This document shows, one piece after another, positions 19,433 to 29,677 of a stretch of DNA of 64,000 nt. How positions within the stretch are numbered: position 1 is the stretch's first letter; each line of letters begins with the position of its first letter. The notes under the pieces are model-generated. The model saw only the letters and a list, made by a program, of their open reading frames with translations. It was not told the origin of the DNA and did not search any database. Location: positions 96,001-160,000 of the forward strand of contig CAVQNG010000004.1 in the NCBI GenBank assembly GCA_963713825.1. The letters are read 5' to 3'. The position numbers and the translations under genes are program-made. The stretch is from an uncultured Acidobacteriota bacterium (GTDB taxonomy: Bacteria; Acidobacteriota; Thermoanaerobaculia; Multivoradales; JAHEKO01).

Positions 19433-21123
19433 CCCGAGTCGCCACCAAACTCCAACTCCAGGGCCTCCTGCTCCTCGGGCAGGATCTTGCGGAACAGGAT
19501 TCCGAGCTCACCCAGAGGGGTGCCAGCCGGAAGGGCCTCGAGATCATCGACCGTCGAACCGGAAGGCCAGGCTGGAATCTCCGCTTCCTCGCCCAGGGCC
19601 GCCAGAACGCGCCGGCTGGTCGAAGGAATTACCGGCCACGCAAGAACCGCAAACAGGCGGACCAGTTGTAGGCCGGTTCGCACTATCATCGCGGCCTGCG
19701 CCGGATCTTCCTTGATCACCTTCCAGGGAGCCGAGTGGGTCAGGTACTCGTTGCCCAGAACCCACATGGCTCGCAGGTCCGACAGCGATTTGCGGAACTG
19801 CATCTCCTCCATGTGAGTCGTGTAGTCGGCCAGCTTGGCGTCGAGGTCTTTGACCAGTTGCCGTTCAGCCTCGCCGGGCTCCCCACCTTCAGGAACAATC
19901 CCGTCGAACCGGGACTCGGCGAATTTCCACAGCCGATTGACGAAGTTCCCAAACGTATCGGCCAGGTCCTTGTTCACCCCGATTGTGAAGAACTCGAACG
20001 TGAAGTCCGTGTCGTCACTCTCGGGAGCGTTGGCAATCAGCCAGTAGCGCCAATAGTCGGCCGGGAACTTCTCGAGCGCTTTGTCCATGAACACGCCGCG
20101 TTTGCGGCTCGTCGAGAACTTGCCCCCGTAGTACTTCAGCCAGTTGAAGCCCTTGATGTAGCTGACCAGCTTCCATGGTTCGCCAGAGCCCAGAATCGTG
20201 CCGGGAAAGCTGATGGTGTGAAACGGGACATTGTCCTTGGCCATGAACTCCACATAGCGCACGTCATCCGCTTCGTACCACCACGACCGCCAGTCCCTGG
20301 TCTCCGGATCCTGATTGGCCCACTCCCGCGTCGCGGCGATGTACTCGATCGGGGCATCGAACCAGACGTAGAAGACCTTGTCCTCGAACCCCTCGCGGTC
20401 CACGGGAACACCCCAGGATAGATCACGCGTGATGCCGCGGTCGTGAAGGCCCTCCTTGAGCCATTTCTTGGCGATCGACGTCACCAGGATCGGCCAATCG
20501 GTTTGTTCACCGATCCACTCCTCGAGACGGTCTGCCAGCTGAGACTGCAACAGGAAGAGATGGCGCGTCTCCTTGATCTCGAGCTCGGTGCTGTCGGACA
20601 CGGCCGACCGAGGTTCGAGCAGATCCGTAGGATCGAGCACGCGGGTGCAGTTCTCGCATTGGTCTCCCCTGGCGGCGTCATAGCCGCAGTGGGGACAGGT
20701 GCCGATGATGTAACGATCGGGCAGATAGCGCCGGTCGGCTTTGGAGTAGACCTGCTTGGTGGTGCGCTCCTCGATCAGGCCCTGCTCATCGAGACGATTG
20801 CAGAAGTGCTGAGTCAGCTCCCGATTCTCCGGCGAAGAGCTGCGACCGAAATAGTCGAAGGACAGGTCGAACTGTCGATAGATGGCCGCCTGAATCTCGT
20901 GCTGCTGGCGGCAGTACTCGGCCACTTCCAGACCGTCTTCGAGGGCCGCCAACTCTGCCGGTGTGCCGTGCTCGTCGGTAGCGCAGATGTACAAGACATC
21001 GTTGCCCCGCTGACGCTCGAACCGGGCATAGATGTCGGCCGGCAGCATGGAGCCGACGAGGTTGCCGAGATGCTTGACGCCGTTGATGTAAGGCAACGCG
21101 CTTGTAACGAGGATTCGTGCCAT
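19429..21123 (-). CDS. metG: Methionine--tRNA ligase (no C-terminal tRNA-binding appendix)
   Basis: ALPYING..HLGN, ATDEHG, CPHC/CENC knuckles, YVWFDA, KFSTS. Confidence 0.96.
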   Translation of the reverse strand: MARILVTSALPYINGVKHLGNLVGSMLPADIYARFERQRGNDVLYICATDEHGTPAELAALEDGLEVAEYCRQQHEIQAAIYRQFDLSFDYFGRSSSPENRELTQHFCNRLDEQGLIEERTTKQVYSKADRRYLPDRYIIGTCPHCGYDAARGDQCENCTRVLDPTDLLEPRSAVSDSTELEIKETRHLFLLQSQLADRLEEWIGEQTDWPILVTSIAKKWLKEGLHDRGITRDLSWGVPVDREGFEDKVFYVWFDAPIEYIAATREWANQDPETRDWRSWWYEADDVRYVEFMAKDNVPFHTISFPGTILGSGEPWKLVSYIKGFNWLKYYGGKFSTSRKRGVFMDKALEKFPADYWRYWLIANAPESDDTDFTFEFFTIGVNKDLADTFGNFVNRLWKFAESRFDGIVPEGGEPGEAERQLVKDLDAKLADYTTHMEEMQFRKSLSDLRAMWVLGNEYLTHSAPWKVIKEDPAQAAMIVRTGLQLVRLFAVLAWPVIPSTSRRVLAALGEEAEIPAWPSGSTVDDLEALPAGTPLGELGILFRKILPEEQEALELEFGGDSG

Positions 21124-21160
21124 CGATCGGTCTCTCTCAGAGCCGTGAAGCTAGCAATCT

Positions 21161-21232
21161 CAGGTTTGTGGGCCTGGGGTCCTGAGGTCCTGAGGTCTTG
21201 AGGTCTTGGGGTCCTGAAGTCTCGAGGTCCAG
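21161..21232. repeat. Degenerate 8-bp tandem array, about 9 units of RGGTCYTG
   Basis: gggtcctg aggtcctg aggtcttg aggtcttg gggtcctg aagtctcg aggtccag. Confidence 0.85.
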
Positions 21233-21251
21233 GGCACCCGTCACCCTGGAA

Positions 21252-21722
21252 TCATGGATAGACGTAGACCTGTGATTTGTTCCAGACGCTGCCGGCCAAC
21301 TCCACCCCCATCCGGAAGACCGGCAGGTACTCATCGTCGTCGATCCGCATCAGTCGCACGAGACGGCACCACTGGATCTTGCCGGGGATGCGGATCATCT
21401 CGGTGCCATGCTTCATCTTGAACGCGTAGCTCCATCCCACCCGCAAGCTCTCGTTGGTCTGCACGGCGATGCCTGTCGGCGACGTGTTCAGAACATCGCC
21501 TGAGATCGGTCCGCTGAGACGCAGGTTGGACACCCTGTGCCGCCTGTGCTGCCGGCGCTCGGACTCCGATTCTGGAAGTGGCTGTGGTGGTCCGGTGCTG
21601 AATTCCTGTGGTGCTTGCATCCTTCTTCTCTCCCCCGATCGACGATCCAGACCCGCACGACGGTCGTTCCCGACGCGGCGGTCTTGAGGCGGAAGCCAGT
21701 CCCGTCTAGATCTTGCTGACAC
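21252..21722 (-). CDS. PilZ domain protein with N-terminal DRR repeats
   Basis: ERRQHRRHR (RxxxR) and NTSPTG ([D/N]xSxxG); GTG at 21722 with AGGGG upstream; the ORF extends to 21818. Confidence 0.72.
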   Translation of the reverse strand: MSARSRRDWLPPQDRRVGNDRRAGLDRRSGERRRMQAPQEFSTGPPQPLPESESERRQHRRHRVSNLRLSGPISGDVLNTSPTGIAVQTNESLRVGWSYAFKMKHGTEMIRIPGKIQWCRLVRLMRIDDDEYLPVFRMGVELAGSVWNKSQVYVYP

Positions 21723-22147
21723 GAATCCCCTGTTCCTACACCACAGTTGATTGAAGCCAGTGCAATCGTCTGCGCCCCTGGATTCTACAGGCACGGCGCG
21801 TCGAAATACAAAGCCCACTGAACCCTCGATGCCCCTTACTGCCTCGATGCCTCAATCCCCCCCGGCAGACACCCCTGCATCGCTGATGCTGGACAGCGGG
21901 GACCCTCGATTGCGCTGGAAATTGAAGTGGCCGCCGCTCGGGCCTCGACAAAGGCACGCGCGCCACGGGTCAGGCGGGTGCAAACCGAACGGCGGCCGCG
22001 CGCAGTATACGACCTTGGAACGGCGAAGCCAAGACCCTTTCTGCCGATTACCCCAGGGGGTATATGTCACAGTGCCGACCACGTTGCACCCTCTTTCGGC
22101 GCTAGCCATGGGCGATGGCCGGCCCAGGAATTCGGGGAATCGAAGGG

Positions 22148-24865
22148 CTATCCGGACTTCTCGATCAGCGTTTTGTAACAGGGGGCTTGGCGAAGAGCAT
22201 CGAATCTGGGATCTGTCTCGAGAGCAGGAATAGAAAGCATGCCGGATCCCGATGCAAGAACCTCGTCCAGGGCCTCGCAGGCCTCAGCATTGTTGTCGAG
22301 AATCGTTTGAGTCAAAGCCAACTCGAAGACTTTGGCCGGACCTTCCAACGCATCTGCCGAGATCGGCTGCAGCTTGACGGCACGCTCCGCCTCCCGAACG
22401 GCCTCCTCCTCCCGACCCAGCATGGCGTAGGCCTGTCCGAGAGCGGCGTGCATTCGCGGGTCGCCGGGGTTGGCCAGCACTTCGGCCTCGATCGCTGTCG
22501 CCGCCGCCTCGGCAGCTGCCCGGGCCTCGTCCTGCCTACCCAGTCCCTTGAATGCATAGGCTCGATTCAGGTCCGTGGGAACCGCGAAGAACTGGTTCGA
22601 GTAGAAGTCCTCCTGCATGCTGGCCAGGGTTTGCAGAGACTCTTCGAATCGTCGGTCCAAAAACACATAGAAAGTGTGCAACACCTGGATCGATTCGATC
22701 CCCAGGTCAGCGAAGGGTTCGACCAGCTCCACCGCGCGACGGGCATCGCCCTTCCAGAGCCACCAGTTCCAAGCCCGCCAGGTCCCAGCCCCGACGGAGT
22801 CCGGAGCCATCTCGAGAGTCCGAGTGAGCTGACGGTCGGCTTCTTCGTAGCGTTCGAGCTGCATCAGAGTGGTGCCCAGGGCCCGGCTCTGCTGTACCGA
22901 CCTCGGATTGAGCTCGAACGCCCTTTCCTGGCGCTCCAGCGCCTCCTCGAAGCGACCCTGGCGTCGGATGATATAAGCGATGGAGGCCATCAAATCACTG
23001 TCGTTGGGAAGGCTCTTCTCAGCGATCATGAACTGCTCGAGAGCCTGGTCGTAGTCCCTGGGACCCCAGTAGAAATAACTCCCCAACGCCACCCTCGCTT
23101 GGGGTAGGTCGGGGTCGATCTCCAAGGCGCGCTCGACTGCGGCCAGAGCCTGTTCCAGTCGCTCCTCCGTCCGATCCTCACCATTGAAAAACAATAGGGC
23201 GTGCTCCTGCGACAAGGTGGCCCATGCCAAGGCGAATTGCGGATCCATCTCGACCGCCTGCTCCAACATCTGAACAGCCAGGAGTCGCTCTTCGGAGCGC
23301 TGCAGGATCTCTGCTCGCTCGCCGGCGTTGAGAGCTCGCAAGTAGAGGTTGTAGGCGTCCATGTTCCCGGTCGGGGCGACATTGCTCGCGACCTGGTCTC
23401 CCTCAGAGAGAGCAACGTCGAGAGAGCTCAGGACGTTCGACGCAACATCGGACTGCACCTCGAAGATGTCGTCGATCGTCCGATCGTAGGTTTCGGCCCA
23501 GAGTTGAGTGTCGTCCGAAACCCTGATGAGCTGAGGAGTTACCCGCACTCGGCTCGTGCCGTCGGGGTTCTTTGCCCAGCGTACGGTCCCTTCGAGGACA
23601 TAGCCGACACCCAGGTCCTGCCCTACTTCCTTCAACGTCTTCCCGGTTCGGTTGTACTGCACTGCACTGCTGCGTGAAATCACACCCAGGTCCGCCACCA
23701 TGGCCAACTTGGCCGAGATCTCCTCGGTCATTCCGGCGGCAAAGTACTCGTCCTCGGCCTCGCCCAGATTCTCGAAAGGAAGTACAACGATCTTCTTGTA
23801 CTCGGCTCCTGTGTCGACCACGTCTCCAGCACCCGCCTCCGGCCCGGTCACGCCGCCTGTCCCCTTGCCCCGCTGCAACCAGAAGAAGGTGGCAACAGCG
23901 ATCAGTCCGACGATGACCAGGGCAGGGATCAACCACGAGGGCCTCCCCCTGGTCGGGACTGACTCTGCGCCCGTTACGGCTGGCATGGCGCCCGTGCTCA
24001 AAGGAACCTCGCCCGACTCCACCTCGCCCTTGAGGCCGGCAAGCTCGTTGCGCACGTCTTTGGCTGACTGATAGCGCAGGTCCGGGTCCTTCTCCAAGCA
24101 ATGCTTGATAATTCGACCGAGGTGTCGAGGCACCCCCTGGCGAACATCGGTGACTGAGTCGGGGTTGTCTTTCAGGATGGACGACGCCAGCTCGATCGAG
24201 GACTCGCCCTTGAAGGGCCGCCTGCCCGTTGTCATTTCGAAGAGGAGAATTCCAAGAGAAAACAAGTCGGACCGATGGTCGATCTCCCGGCCCTGGAGCT
24301 GCTCGGGTGACATATAGGGCGCCGTTCCCATGGCGACGCCCTCCTTGGTCAGCCCCTCGGTTGCGATCTCGGTATCGGTATCTTCGAGGCTATCTTCCCA
24401 GAGCTTGGCGAGGCCGAAATCGACGATGCGGAGGCGGCCGTCCTCCCCCACCATGACGTTGGCGGGCTTCAAGTCCCGGTGAACCACGCCCTTCTCGTGC
24501 GCCGCCGACAACGCATCGGCGATCGGGATGGTGAGCTCGAAGAGGCGCTCGAGATCGAAACCGTCCTCGGGAATCAGCGCATCCAGCGACTTGCCATCCA
24601 CCAGCTCCATGGTCAGGAAATGATGACCATCGGCCTCCTCCACCGAGTGGAGCGTGACGATGTTCGGGTGGTTGAGTGAGGCGACCGCCCGAGCTTCGCG
24701 CTTGAAGCGCTCGAGACGATCCGGGTCCGAAGCCAGATGCTCGGGCAAGACTTTGAGGGCGACTCTTCTCCGCAGCTCGGTGTCCTCGGCTTCGTACACG
24801 TCTCCCATGCCGCCCGAACCGAGCTTGCCGGTAATCCGATAGTGAGAGACCGTCGTGCCAATCAT
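22148..24865 (-). CDS. Ser/Thr protein kinase with TM helix, TolB-like domain and TPR repeats
   Basis: GSGGMG, VALK, HRDLKPAN, DFGLAK, GTAPYMSPEQ; IVVLPFENL; TPRs; start MIGTTVSHY. Confidence 0.92.
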   Translation of the reverse strand: MIGTTVSHYRITGKLGSGGMGDVYEAEDTELRRRVALKVLPEHLASDPDRLERFKREARAVASLNHPNIVTLHSVEEADGHHFLTMELVDGKSLDALIPEDGFDLERLFELTIPIADALSAAHEKGVVHRDLKPANVMVGEDGRLRIVDFGLAKLWEDSLEDTDTEIATEGLTKEGVAMGTAPYMSPEQLQGREIDHRSDLFSLGILLFEMTTGRRPFKGESSIELASSILKDNPDSVTDVRQGVPRHLGRIIKHCLEKDPDLRYQSAKDVRNELAGLKGEVESGEVPLSTGAMPAVTGAESVPTRGRPSWLIPALVIVGLIAVATFFWLQRGKGTGGVTGPEAGAGDVVDTGAEYKKIVVLPFENLGEAEDEYFAAGMTEEISAKLAMVADLGVISRSSAVQYNRTGKTLKEVGQDLGVGYVLEGTVRWAKNPDGTSRVRVTPQLIRVSDDTQLWAETYDRTIDDIFEVQSDVASNVLSSLDVALSEGDQVASNVAPTGNMDAYNLYLRALNAGERAEILQRSEERLLAVQMLEQAVEMDPQFALAWATLSQEHALLFFNGEDRTEERLEQALAAVERALEIDPDLPQARVALGSYFYWGPRDYDQALEQFMIAEKSLPNDSDLMASIAYIIRRQGRFEEALERQERAFELNPRSVQQSRALGTTLMQLERYEEADRQLTRTLEMAPDSVGAGTWRAWNWWLWKGDARRAVELVEPFADLGIESIQVLHTFYVFLDRRFEESLQTLASMQEDFYSNQFFAVPTDLNRAYAFKGLGRQDEARAAAEAAATAIEAEVLANPGDPRMHAALGQAYAMLGREEEAVREAERAVKLQPISADALEGPAKVFELALTQTILDNNAEACEALDEVLASGSGMLSIPALETDPRFDALRQAPCYKTLIEKSG

Positions 24866-24944
24866 GGTTGTTTCGTGCTCGAGAGATTGTACTGCACCGG
24901 CCAGGCGATGGAATCCCCTGGCCAACGAGGAGTCCGCCTTGAGC

Positions 24945-25472
24945 TCAGTCGGTCTCTGCTTGCAAAGTCCACTGCAGTCGATCGCTTGAGTAGCCCTTTT
25001 CCGGCAGCCGGGACAGGATCCCGTCAAGCGTTGCCTTGTCGAGTGTCGGCGTCCGGCTCAGGATCCAGAGGTACTTTCGCTTCGGCTCTCCAACGACTAC
25101 CCATTCGTATTCGGGGTCCAGCTCGAGGATCCAGTAGTCACCCCAAAAGGGACCGAAGAACGAGACCTTGAGTTTGGCGTTGGTCTCCGGGTCGACGACC
25201 TTGGCCCTGCCGCGCGCCTCCTTGAGCTTGCCATCGAGAGCACCCTTGTAACACCGGTTGACCACCGAGATTCCGCCACCCTCACGCAGGCTGTACTCGG
25301 CGGTGACTCCCGTGCAGTTCTTGGCGAACCAGGCCGGGTAGCTCGCGATCTCGAACCACGTTCCCAGATACCGATCGAGATCGACCTCATCCACGACGGC
25401 GAGCGGCGGGGCTTTCGCTACGGCCGCTGCCGTCACCCAGAACATCAACAAAGCTACAGCTTGAGATTTCAT
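24945..25472 (-). CDS. blc: Lipocalin (Blc-like)
   Basis: VDLDRYLGTWFEIA, KLKVSFFGPF.GDYW, YLWILSRTP. Confidence 0.88.
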   Translation of the reverse strand: MKSQAVALLMFWVTAAAVAKAPPLAVVDEVDLDRYLGTWFEIASYPAWFAKNCTGVTAEYSLREGGGISVVNRCYKGALDGKLKEARGRAKVVDPETNAKLKVSFFGPFWGDYWILELDPEYEWVVVGEPKRKYLWILSRTPTLDKATLDGILSRLPEKGYSSDRLQWTLQAETD

Positions 25473-25613
25473 TCATATCCTCCAACGCTGTTCTTGGATT
25501 CGAATGTCATGCGACCCTCGAACCGACCCGGGAAGTCGACCTCGACCTCTCCAGCTTGCCTGACCCGCCGGCACAGATGACTTGCGTGATTTCTGGATTG
25601 ACGTGGGGACCAA

Positions 25614-25689
25614 TGGTGCCCAGGGGCGGATTCGAACCACCGACACGCGGATTTTCAGTCCACTGCTCTACCAACTGAGCTACCTGGGC
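25614..25689 (-). tRNA. tRNA-Phe (GAA)
   Basis: GCCCAGGTAGCTCAGTTGGTAGAGC..CTGAAAA..GGTTCGAATCC..CCTGGGCACCA, 76 nt. Confidence 0.97.
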
Positions 25690-25714
25690 ACGGGGCTTCA
25701 AGCCCCACCGCGAT

Positions 25715-25744
25715 TTTATAGCCTCACTGCCTTACCCGAGTCAA
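25715..25744 (-). promoter_or_regulatory. Sigma-70 promoter of tRNA-Phe
   Basis: TTGACT-N18-TATAAA. Confidence 0.55.
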
Positions 25745-25769
25745 GAGTCCCGGCTTACAATAGGGCTCC

Positions 25770-26561
25770 ATGTGGAAACGAAGAGCCGCGACCCTCGCTC
25801 TTGCAGGAGCCTCGATTCTCATCTCCTATATGAGCCCGAGTCGCGCTGCAGCCTGGTCGCCCGAGACGACTGAAGCCATTGCCGAGCAAGCTCTGGTTCT
25901 CGCTCCGCCCCATCTCAGCCGACAGCTCGACCGTCACAAGGGTCGTTTCCGCGACGGGGTATTGGCGCCTTTCAAGCAAGCCGGCGGAACCAAACAGGGG
26001 CTGGCCTTGCCGCCCGAGGTGCTCCAGAAGGCCATCGAACGGGAGTCGAAAAACGCGATCAAGGCTATCGAAGGACATGTCTCCTTCGACGAAGTGATCT
26101 ACCGCATGGGCTTCATCGCCAGCTACATGGCAGCTGTTAACTACCCCCTACTCAGTGCAATGACCGCCGAGACGCGGCCCGTCTACCTGGCCGACTATCC
26201 GGCCTTCGTCGAGTCGGCGTTTCCCAGGTTCTCTGTCGTCTTCTATGGCGCGGGAAGGATGGTCGAGAACAAAGCGGATCTGGCGGCTATGGTCGGCGCC
26301 GGGTTCTCCAGATCCAGGCGCATTCGACCCCTGATCTCCCTGGAGTACGACAGGATTGGAGGTCCGAACGGGGTGAAGCTTTTCGACGACCGCTCAACGG
26401 CCTTCGGCGTCAGCTCGATGGCCTATAGCCATGCCGTCAGCGACGTCGTGGCGATTCTGCGTTACATTTGGCTTGAAGCCGGTGGGATCGACAGCAACAA
26501 TCTTCTTCCACTGGACGAGGACCAGCTCATTCTCCTGAACCAGGGTGGCGAGAACCGCTAA
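25770..26561 (+). CDS. Secreted helical protein, degenerate phospholipase C / S1-P1 nuclease-like
   Basis: Signal peptide followed by mature N-terminal Trp (AAA-WSPETT); MGFIASYMAAVNYPL parallels the LG..HY..D...PLH helix. Confidence 0.45.
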   Translation: MWKRRAATLALAGASILISYMSPSRAAAWSPETTEAIAEQALVLAPPHLSRQLDRHKGRFRDGVLAPFKQAGGTKQGLALPPEVLQKAIERESKNAIKAIEGHVSFDEVIYRMGFIASYMAAVNYPLLSAMTAETRPVYLADYPAFVESAFPRFSVVFYGAGRMVENKADLAAMVGAGFSRSRRIRPLISLEYDRIGGPNGVKLFDDRSTAFGVSSMAYSHAVSDVVAILRYIWLEAGGIDSNNLLPLDEDQLILLNQGGENR

Positions 26562-26604
26562 CGGCGGCGTCACCCCCGACAAATCATCCGAGAGGACCAG
26601 AGGA

Positions 26605-28155
26605 ATGCTGAAAGCGGCGCGTGCGCTCATTTCCGTCTTCGACAAGCGCAATATCGAAACCTTTGCCGAGGGACTCGCCAACCAGGGAATCGAGATCCTA
26701 TCCACGGGAGGGACCTTCAAGACCCTGCAGGAGTCCGGCGTGCCTGTCTCTCCGGTTTCGGAAGTGACCGGATTTCCAGAGATACTGGGAGGACGAGTGA
26801 AGACCCTCCACCCGCGTATCCATGGCGGGATCCTGGCGGACCGGGAGCAAGCCTCTCACGTCGCTCAATTGCGAGAGCACGGGATCGCCCCGATCGATCT
26901 CGTCGTGGTCAATCTCTATCCGTTCCAGGCGACCGCCAGTGACGCCAGCAAGAGCTACTCTCAGGTCGTGGAGATGATCGACATCGGAGGCCCCTGCATG
27001 ATTCGGGCAGCAGCCAAGAATCACGCCAGCGTTGTGGTCGTCGTCGATCCAGACGACTATCCTCAGGTGCTCGCAGCTCTCGAAGACAACGAGGGACAGG
27101 TGCCCGAAGCGCTGCGCCGAAGATTGGCGCTCAAGGCGTTTCGTCATACCCGGTCCTACGACGCCGCGATCGCCGGCTGGCTGAACGAGCAAGACGATGA
27201 TGCCGAATCCGACCTCGACTCCCACCTCCTCATCGACGCGGAGAAGGAGTTCGAGCCGCGCTACGGTGAGAACCCGCATCAATCTGCGGCCGTCTACAGC
27301 GTGGTCGGCGGCGCCGGGATCTTCGCAGGCTACGAACAGCTGCAAGGCAAGCAGATGTCCTACAACAACCTCCTTGATACCGACGCTGGCCGCCGTCTGG
27401 TCGCGACCCTCGCCGGAACCTCTGTGGCCATCCTCAAGCACAACAACCCATGTGGCGTCGGTCGTGGGGAGTCGGTTGTGGAGGCCTACAAGAAGGCACT
27501 CGAGTGCGATCCCGTGTCCGCCTTCGGCTCCATCGTTGCGGTCAATGAGCCAGTCGACGGCGCGGCCGCCGAGGCCATGAGCTCGCTGTTCATCGAGGTG
27601 GTGATCGCGCCGGAGATCACCGACGAAGCCATCGAGATCTTCGCCAACAAGAAGAACCTCCGGGTCATCCGCTCCCCGCTGCAGGAAATCGACGGTGCCC
27701 AGGTCGAGCTCAGGTCCATCGATGGTGGCTTCCTCGCTCAGACGCTCGATCTGGCCGAAGACGACTCCTCCACCTGGACCTGCCCGACGAAGAGGGAGCC
27801 CACCGCGGATGAGCTCGAGGCCCTCGACTTCAACTGGAGAGTCGTGCGGCATGTGAAGTCGAATGCCATCGTGGTGGGGAATCGCTTCCAAACCGTGGGT
27901 ATCGGGGCGGGCCAGATGAGTCGTGTCGATTCCTGCCACCTGGCCATTTCCAAGTCCCAGGTCGAGACCGCTGGGTGCGTCGCAGCCTCGGACGCGTTCT
28001 TCCCCTTCCCGGACGGTCTCGAGGTTCTGGCCCGGGCTGGAGTGACGGCAGTCGTTCAACCGGGTGGAAGCAAGCGCGATGCGGAGGTCGTCGAGGCGGC
28101 CGATGAATTGGCAGTGGCGATGCTCTTCACAGGCAACCGCCACTTCAGGCACTAG
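26605..28155 (+). CDS. purH: Bifunctional AICAR formyltransferase / IMP cyclohydrolase
   Basis: ALISVFDK, STGGT, GRVKTLHP, IDIGGP, RYGENPHQ, KHNNPCG, ASDAFFPF. Confidence 0.97.
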   Translation: MLKAARALISVFDKRNIETFAEGLANQGIEILSTGGTFKTLQESGVPVSPVSEVTGFPEILGGRVKTLHPRIHGGILADREQASHVAQLREHGIAPIDLVVVNLYPFQATASDASKSYSQVVEMIDIGGPCMIRAAAKNHASVVVVVDPDDYPQVLAALEDNEGQVPEALRRRLALKAFRHTRSYDAAIAGWLNEQDDDAESDLDSHLLIDAEKEFEPRYGENPHQSAAVYSVVGGAGIFAGYEQLQGKQMSYNNLLDTDAGRRLVATLAGTSVAILKHNNPCGVGRGESVVEAYKKALECDPVSAFGSIVAVNEPVDGAAAEAMSSLFIEVVIAPEITDEAIEIFANKKNLRVIRSPLQEIDGAQVELRSIDGGFLAQTLDLAEDDSSTWTCPTKREPTADELEALDFNWRVVRHVKSNAIVVGNRFQTVGIGAGQMSRVDSCHLAISKSQVETAGCVAASDAFFPFPDGLEVLARAGVTAVVQPGGSKRDAEVVEAADELAVAMLFTGNRHFRH

Positions 28156-28171
28156 GCTCCGGGAACCAAGA

Positions 28172-28849
28172 ATGATAACAGCATTGCACAGCTTTGTCAG
28201 ACGGGGATCGAATGCGACCCTGACGATAGTCACCTTGGCGACTCTTGGTAACGCATTCGCCTGCCCTACTCTGTCCACCGCCCAAACCGAAATCGACCCC
28301 TGGAGTCAATTGCGGGCGCTCAAGGATGGCCTGACGGGCGAAGTCGTCAGCACCGACTTTGTACAGACCTTTCTACCGTCCGGCTTCAGCAGCGGAGACG
28401 AGGAAGCTGGCGTCCTTTCGATCTCGATTCCCGACTGCTTGCGGTGGGACTACCACCAGCCCTACTCCAAGACCTATCTGGTCTGCGGGCAGGAGGCCTA
28501 CACCTGGAATGAGGGCGAGTCGCAGGGTCGTCGATTCCTGCTGGAGTCCGACAGCGAGCCCGGTCTCGACTTCCTGAGACTGCAAATCGAGAAACTCGAG
28601 AGCCGCTACTCGGTGGAGTCGGAAGCTATTGGCGAAACTCAGCTGGAGATTGTCTTCACGCCTGTCGACCCCGGTCACAGCCTGGTGAGCGCGACGATTG
28701 TTCTCGACATGGAATCACACCGCCTGTCGCGATTGACCTACGAAGACCTCGAAGGGAACCAAACCCGCTTCGAGGTCTCACGGTATCGGCCGATTTCGGG
28801 CCCTCCCCCGTTCGATCTGCCCATGGATGTCGAGTGGCTGGACCAGTAA
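28172..28849 (+). CDS. lolA: LolA-family outer-membrane lipoprotein carrier
   Basis: DFVQT, P..LRWDY..P and D.EGNQTRF LolA patterns; start uncertain. Confidence 0.7.
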   Translation: MITALHSFVRRGSNATLTIVTLATLGNAFACPTLSTAQTEIDPWSQLRALKDGLTGEVVSTDFVQTFLPSGFSSGDEEAGVLSISIPDCLRWDYHQPYSKTYLVCGQEAYTWNEGESQGRRFLLESDSEPGLDFLRLQIEKLESRYSVESEAIGETQLEIVFTPVDPGHSLVSATIVLDMESHRLSRLTYEDLEGNQTRFEVSRYRPISGPPPFDLPMDVEWLDQ

Positions 28850-28983
28850 CCTCGGACAATTCACCCTCAGGATGCGAGACGGCCCCCGGTTTCCGTATAA
28901 TGGCCGGGCCGCGAGGTTTGACGCCGATGACCATCTGCCCGCCAGCGCCAACCGACACCCCTTCGTCTGCGGAGTAGCGACAC

Positions 28984-29658
28984 TTGATTCAAGCCTCAGT
29001 AGCCGCCTCCAGACCCCGCTCGAGCGTGGTCCTCTGGATCTGTCTCATAGCGCTCGCTTGTGGTGCACCGGGATGGGGTGGGCCCTACCCGGAGGGCGAG
29101 TTCATCGAGCTAGCTGGCGCGGTCACCGATGCTGAAGGCCTACCGATTCCCGACCTGTCTGTGACGCTGGAAGCGTCGCGAAAAGCCTTCAGCGTGACGA
29201 AGATGAAGAACACGGAGCGGGATAGGACCCGGGTCACCACCGAGACTGATTCGACTGGCCAGTACATCCTCCGGTGGCGCTGGGTGGACTACTACAACAA
29301 CTTCGAGCTCCAGGTCGGCCTGCCAGATCGGACCGGCGAGGAGGGTGAGCTCCAGGTCTTCGAACGCGTCGATCTCTCCAAACGAATTCGTTCCGGCTCG
29401 CCCGTGGTGACCAACGTGACCGTCACGGAACGGCGCTACCTGGACACGCTACGGGACTTCAATACGAGCGTCGATACCGAGGACGAGCGTCGGATTCTGG
29501 AGGAGATGGGAAACCCCGACCGCGTGCAGAGAATCCTCTCCACGGACCACGAAGAGGTCTCATGGTGGTACTTTCAGAGTGGTAAGGCGTACCGATTCGA
29601 AGATGGAGTCCTCCAGCAGGTCGTCCACTTCGAGCCGATACAGCCGTTTGGGGATTGA
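28984..29658 (+). CDS. Exported hypothetical protein (carboxypeptidase-regulatory-like beta domain plus BamE/SmpA-like C-terminus)
   Basis: G.VTDAEG.PI..V.L and TDSTGQY; MGNPD..W.Y..F.DGVL. Confidence 0.5.
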   Translation: MIQASVAASRPRSSVVLWICLIALACGAPGWGGPYPEGEFIELAGAVTDAEGLPIPDLSVTLEASRKAFSVTKMKNTERDRTRVTTETDSTGQYILRWRWVDYYNNFELQVGLPDRTGEEGELQVFERVDLSKRIRSGSPVVTNVTVTERRYLDTLRDFNTSVDTEDERRILEEMGNPDRVQRILSTDHEEVSWWYFQSGKAYRFEDGVLQQVVHFEPIQPFGD

Positions 29659-29677
29659 AATCACAGCAGAGCTTCCT

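Noticed and set aside
21161-21232. CRISPR array
   Set aside because: Repeats are 8 bp with no spacers, and there are no cas genes in the window
21860-22140. Riboswitch (e.g. c-di-GMP) upstream of the PilZ gene
   Set aside because: GCAAACC is present but the rest of the consensus was not found, and it is on the opposite strand to the gene
21252-25613. Possible genomic island at the 3' end of tRNA-Phe; 12-bp match to the tRNA end at 22870-22881
   Set aside because: No integrase, no evident composition shift, and the match lies inside the kinase CDS, so it is likely chance
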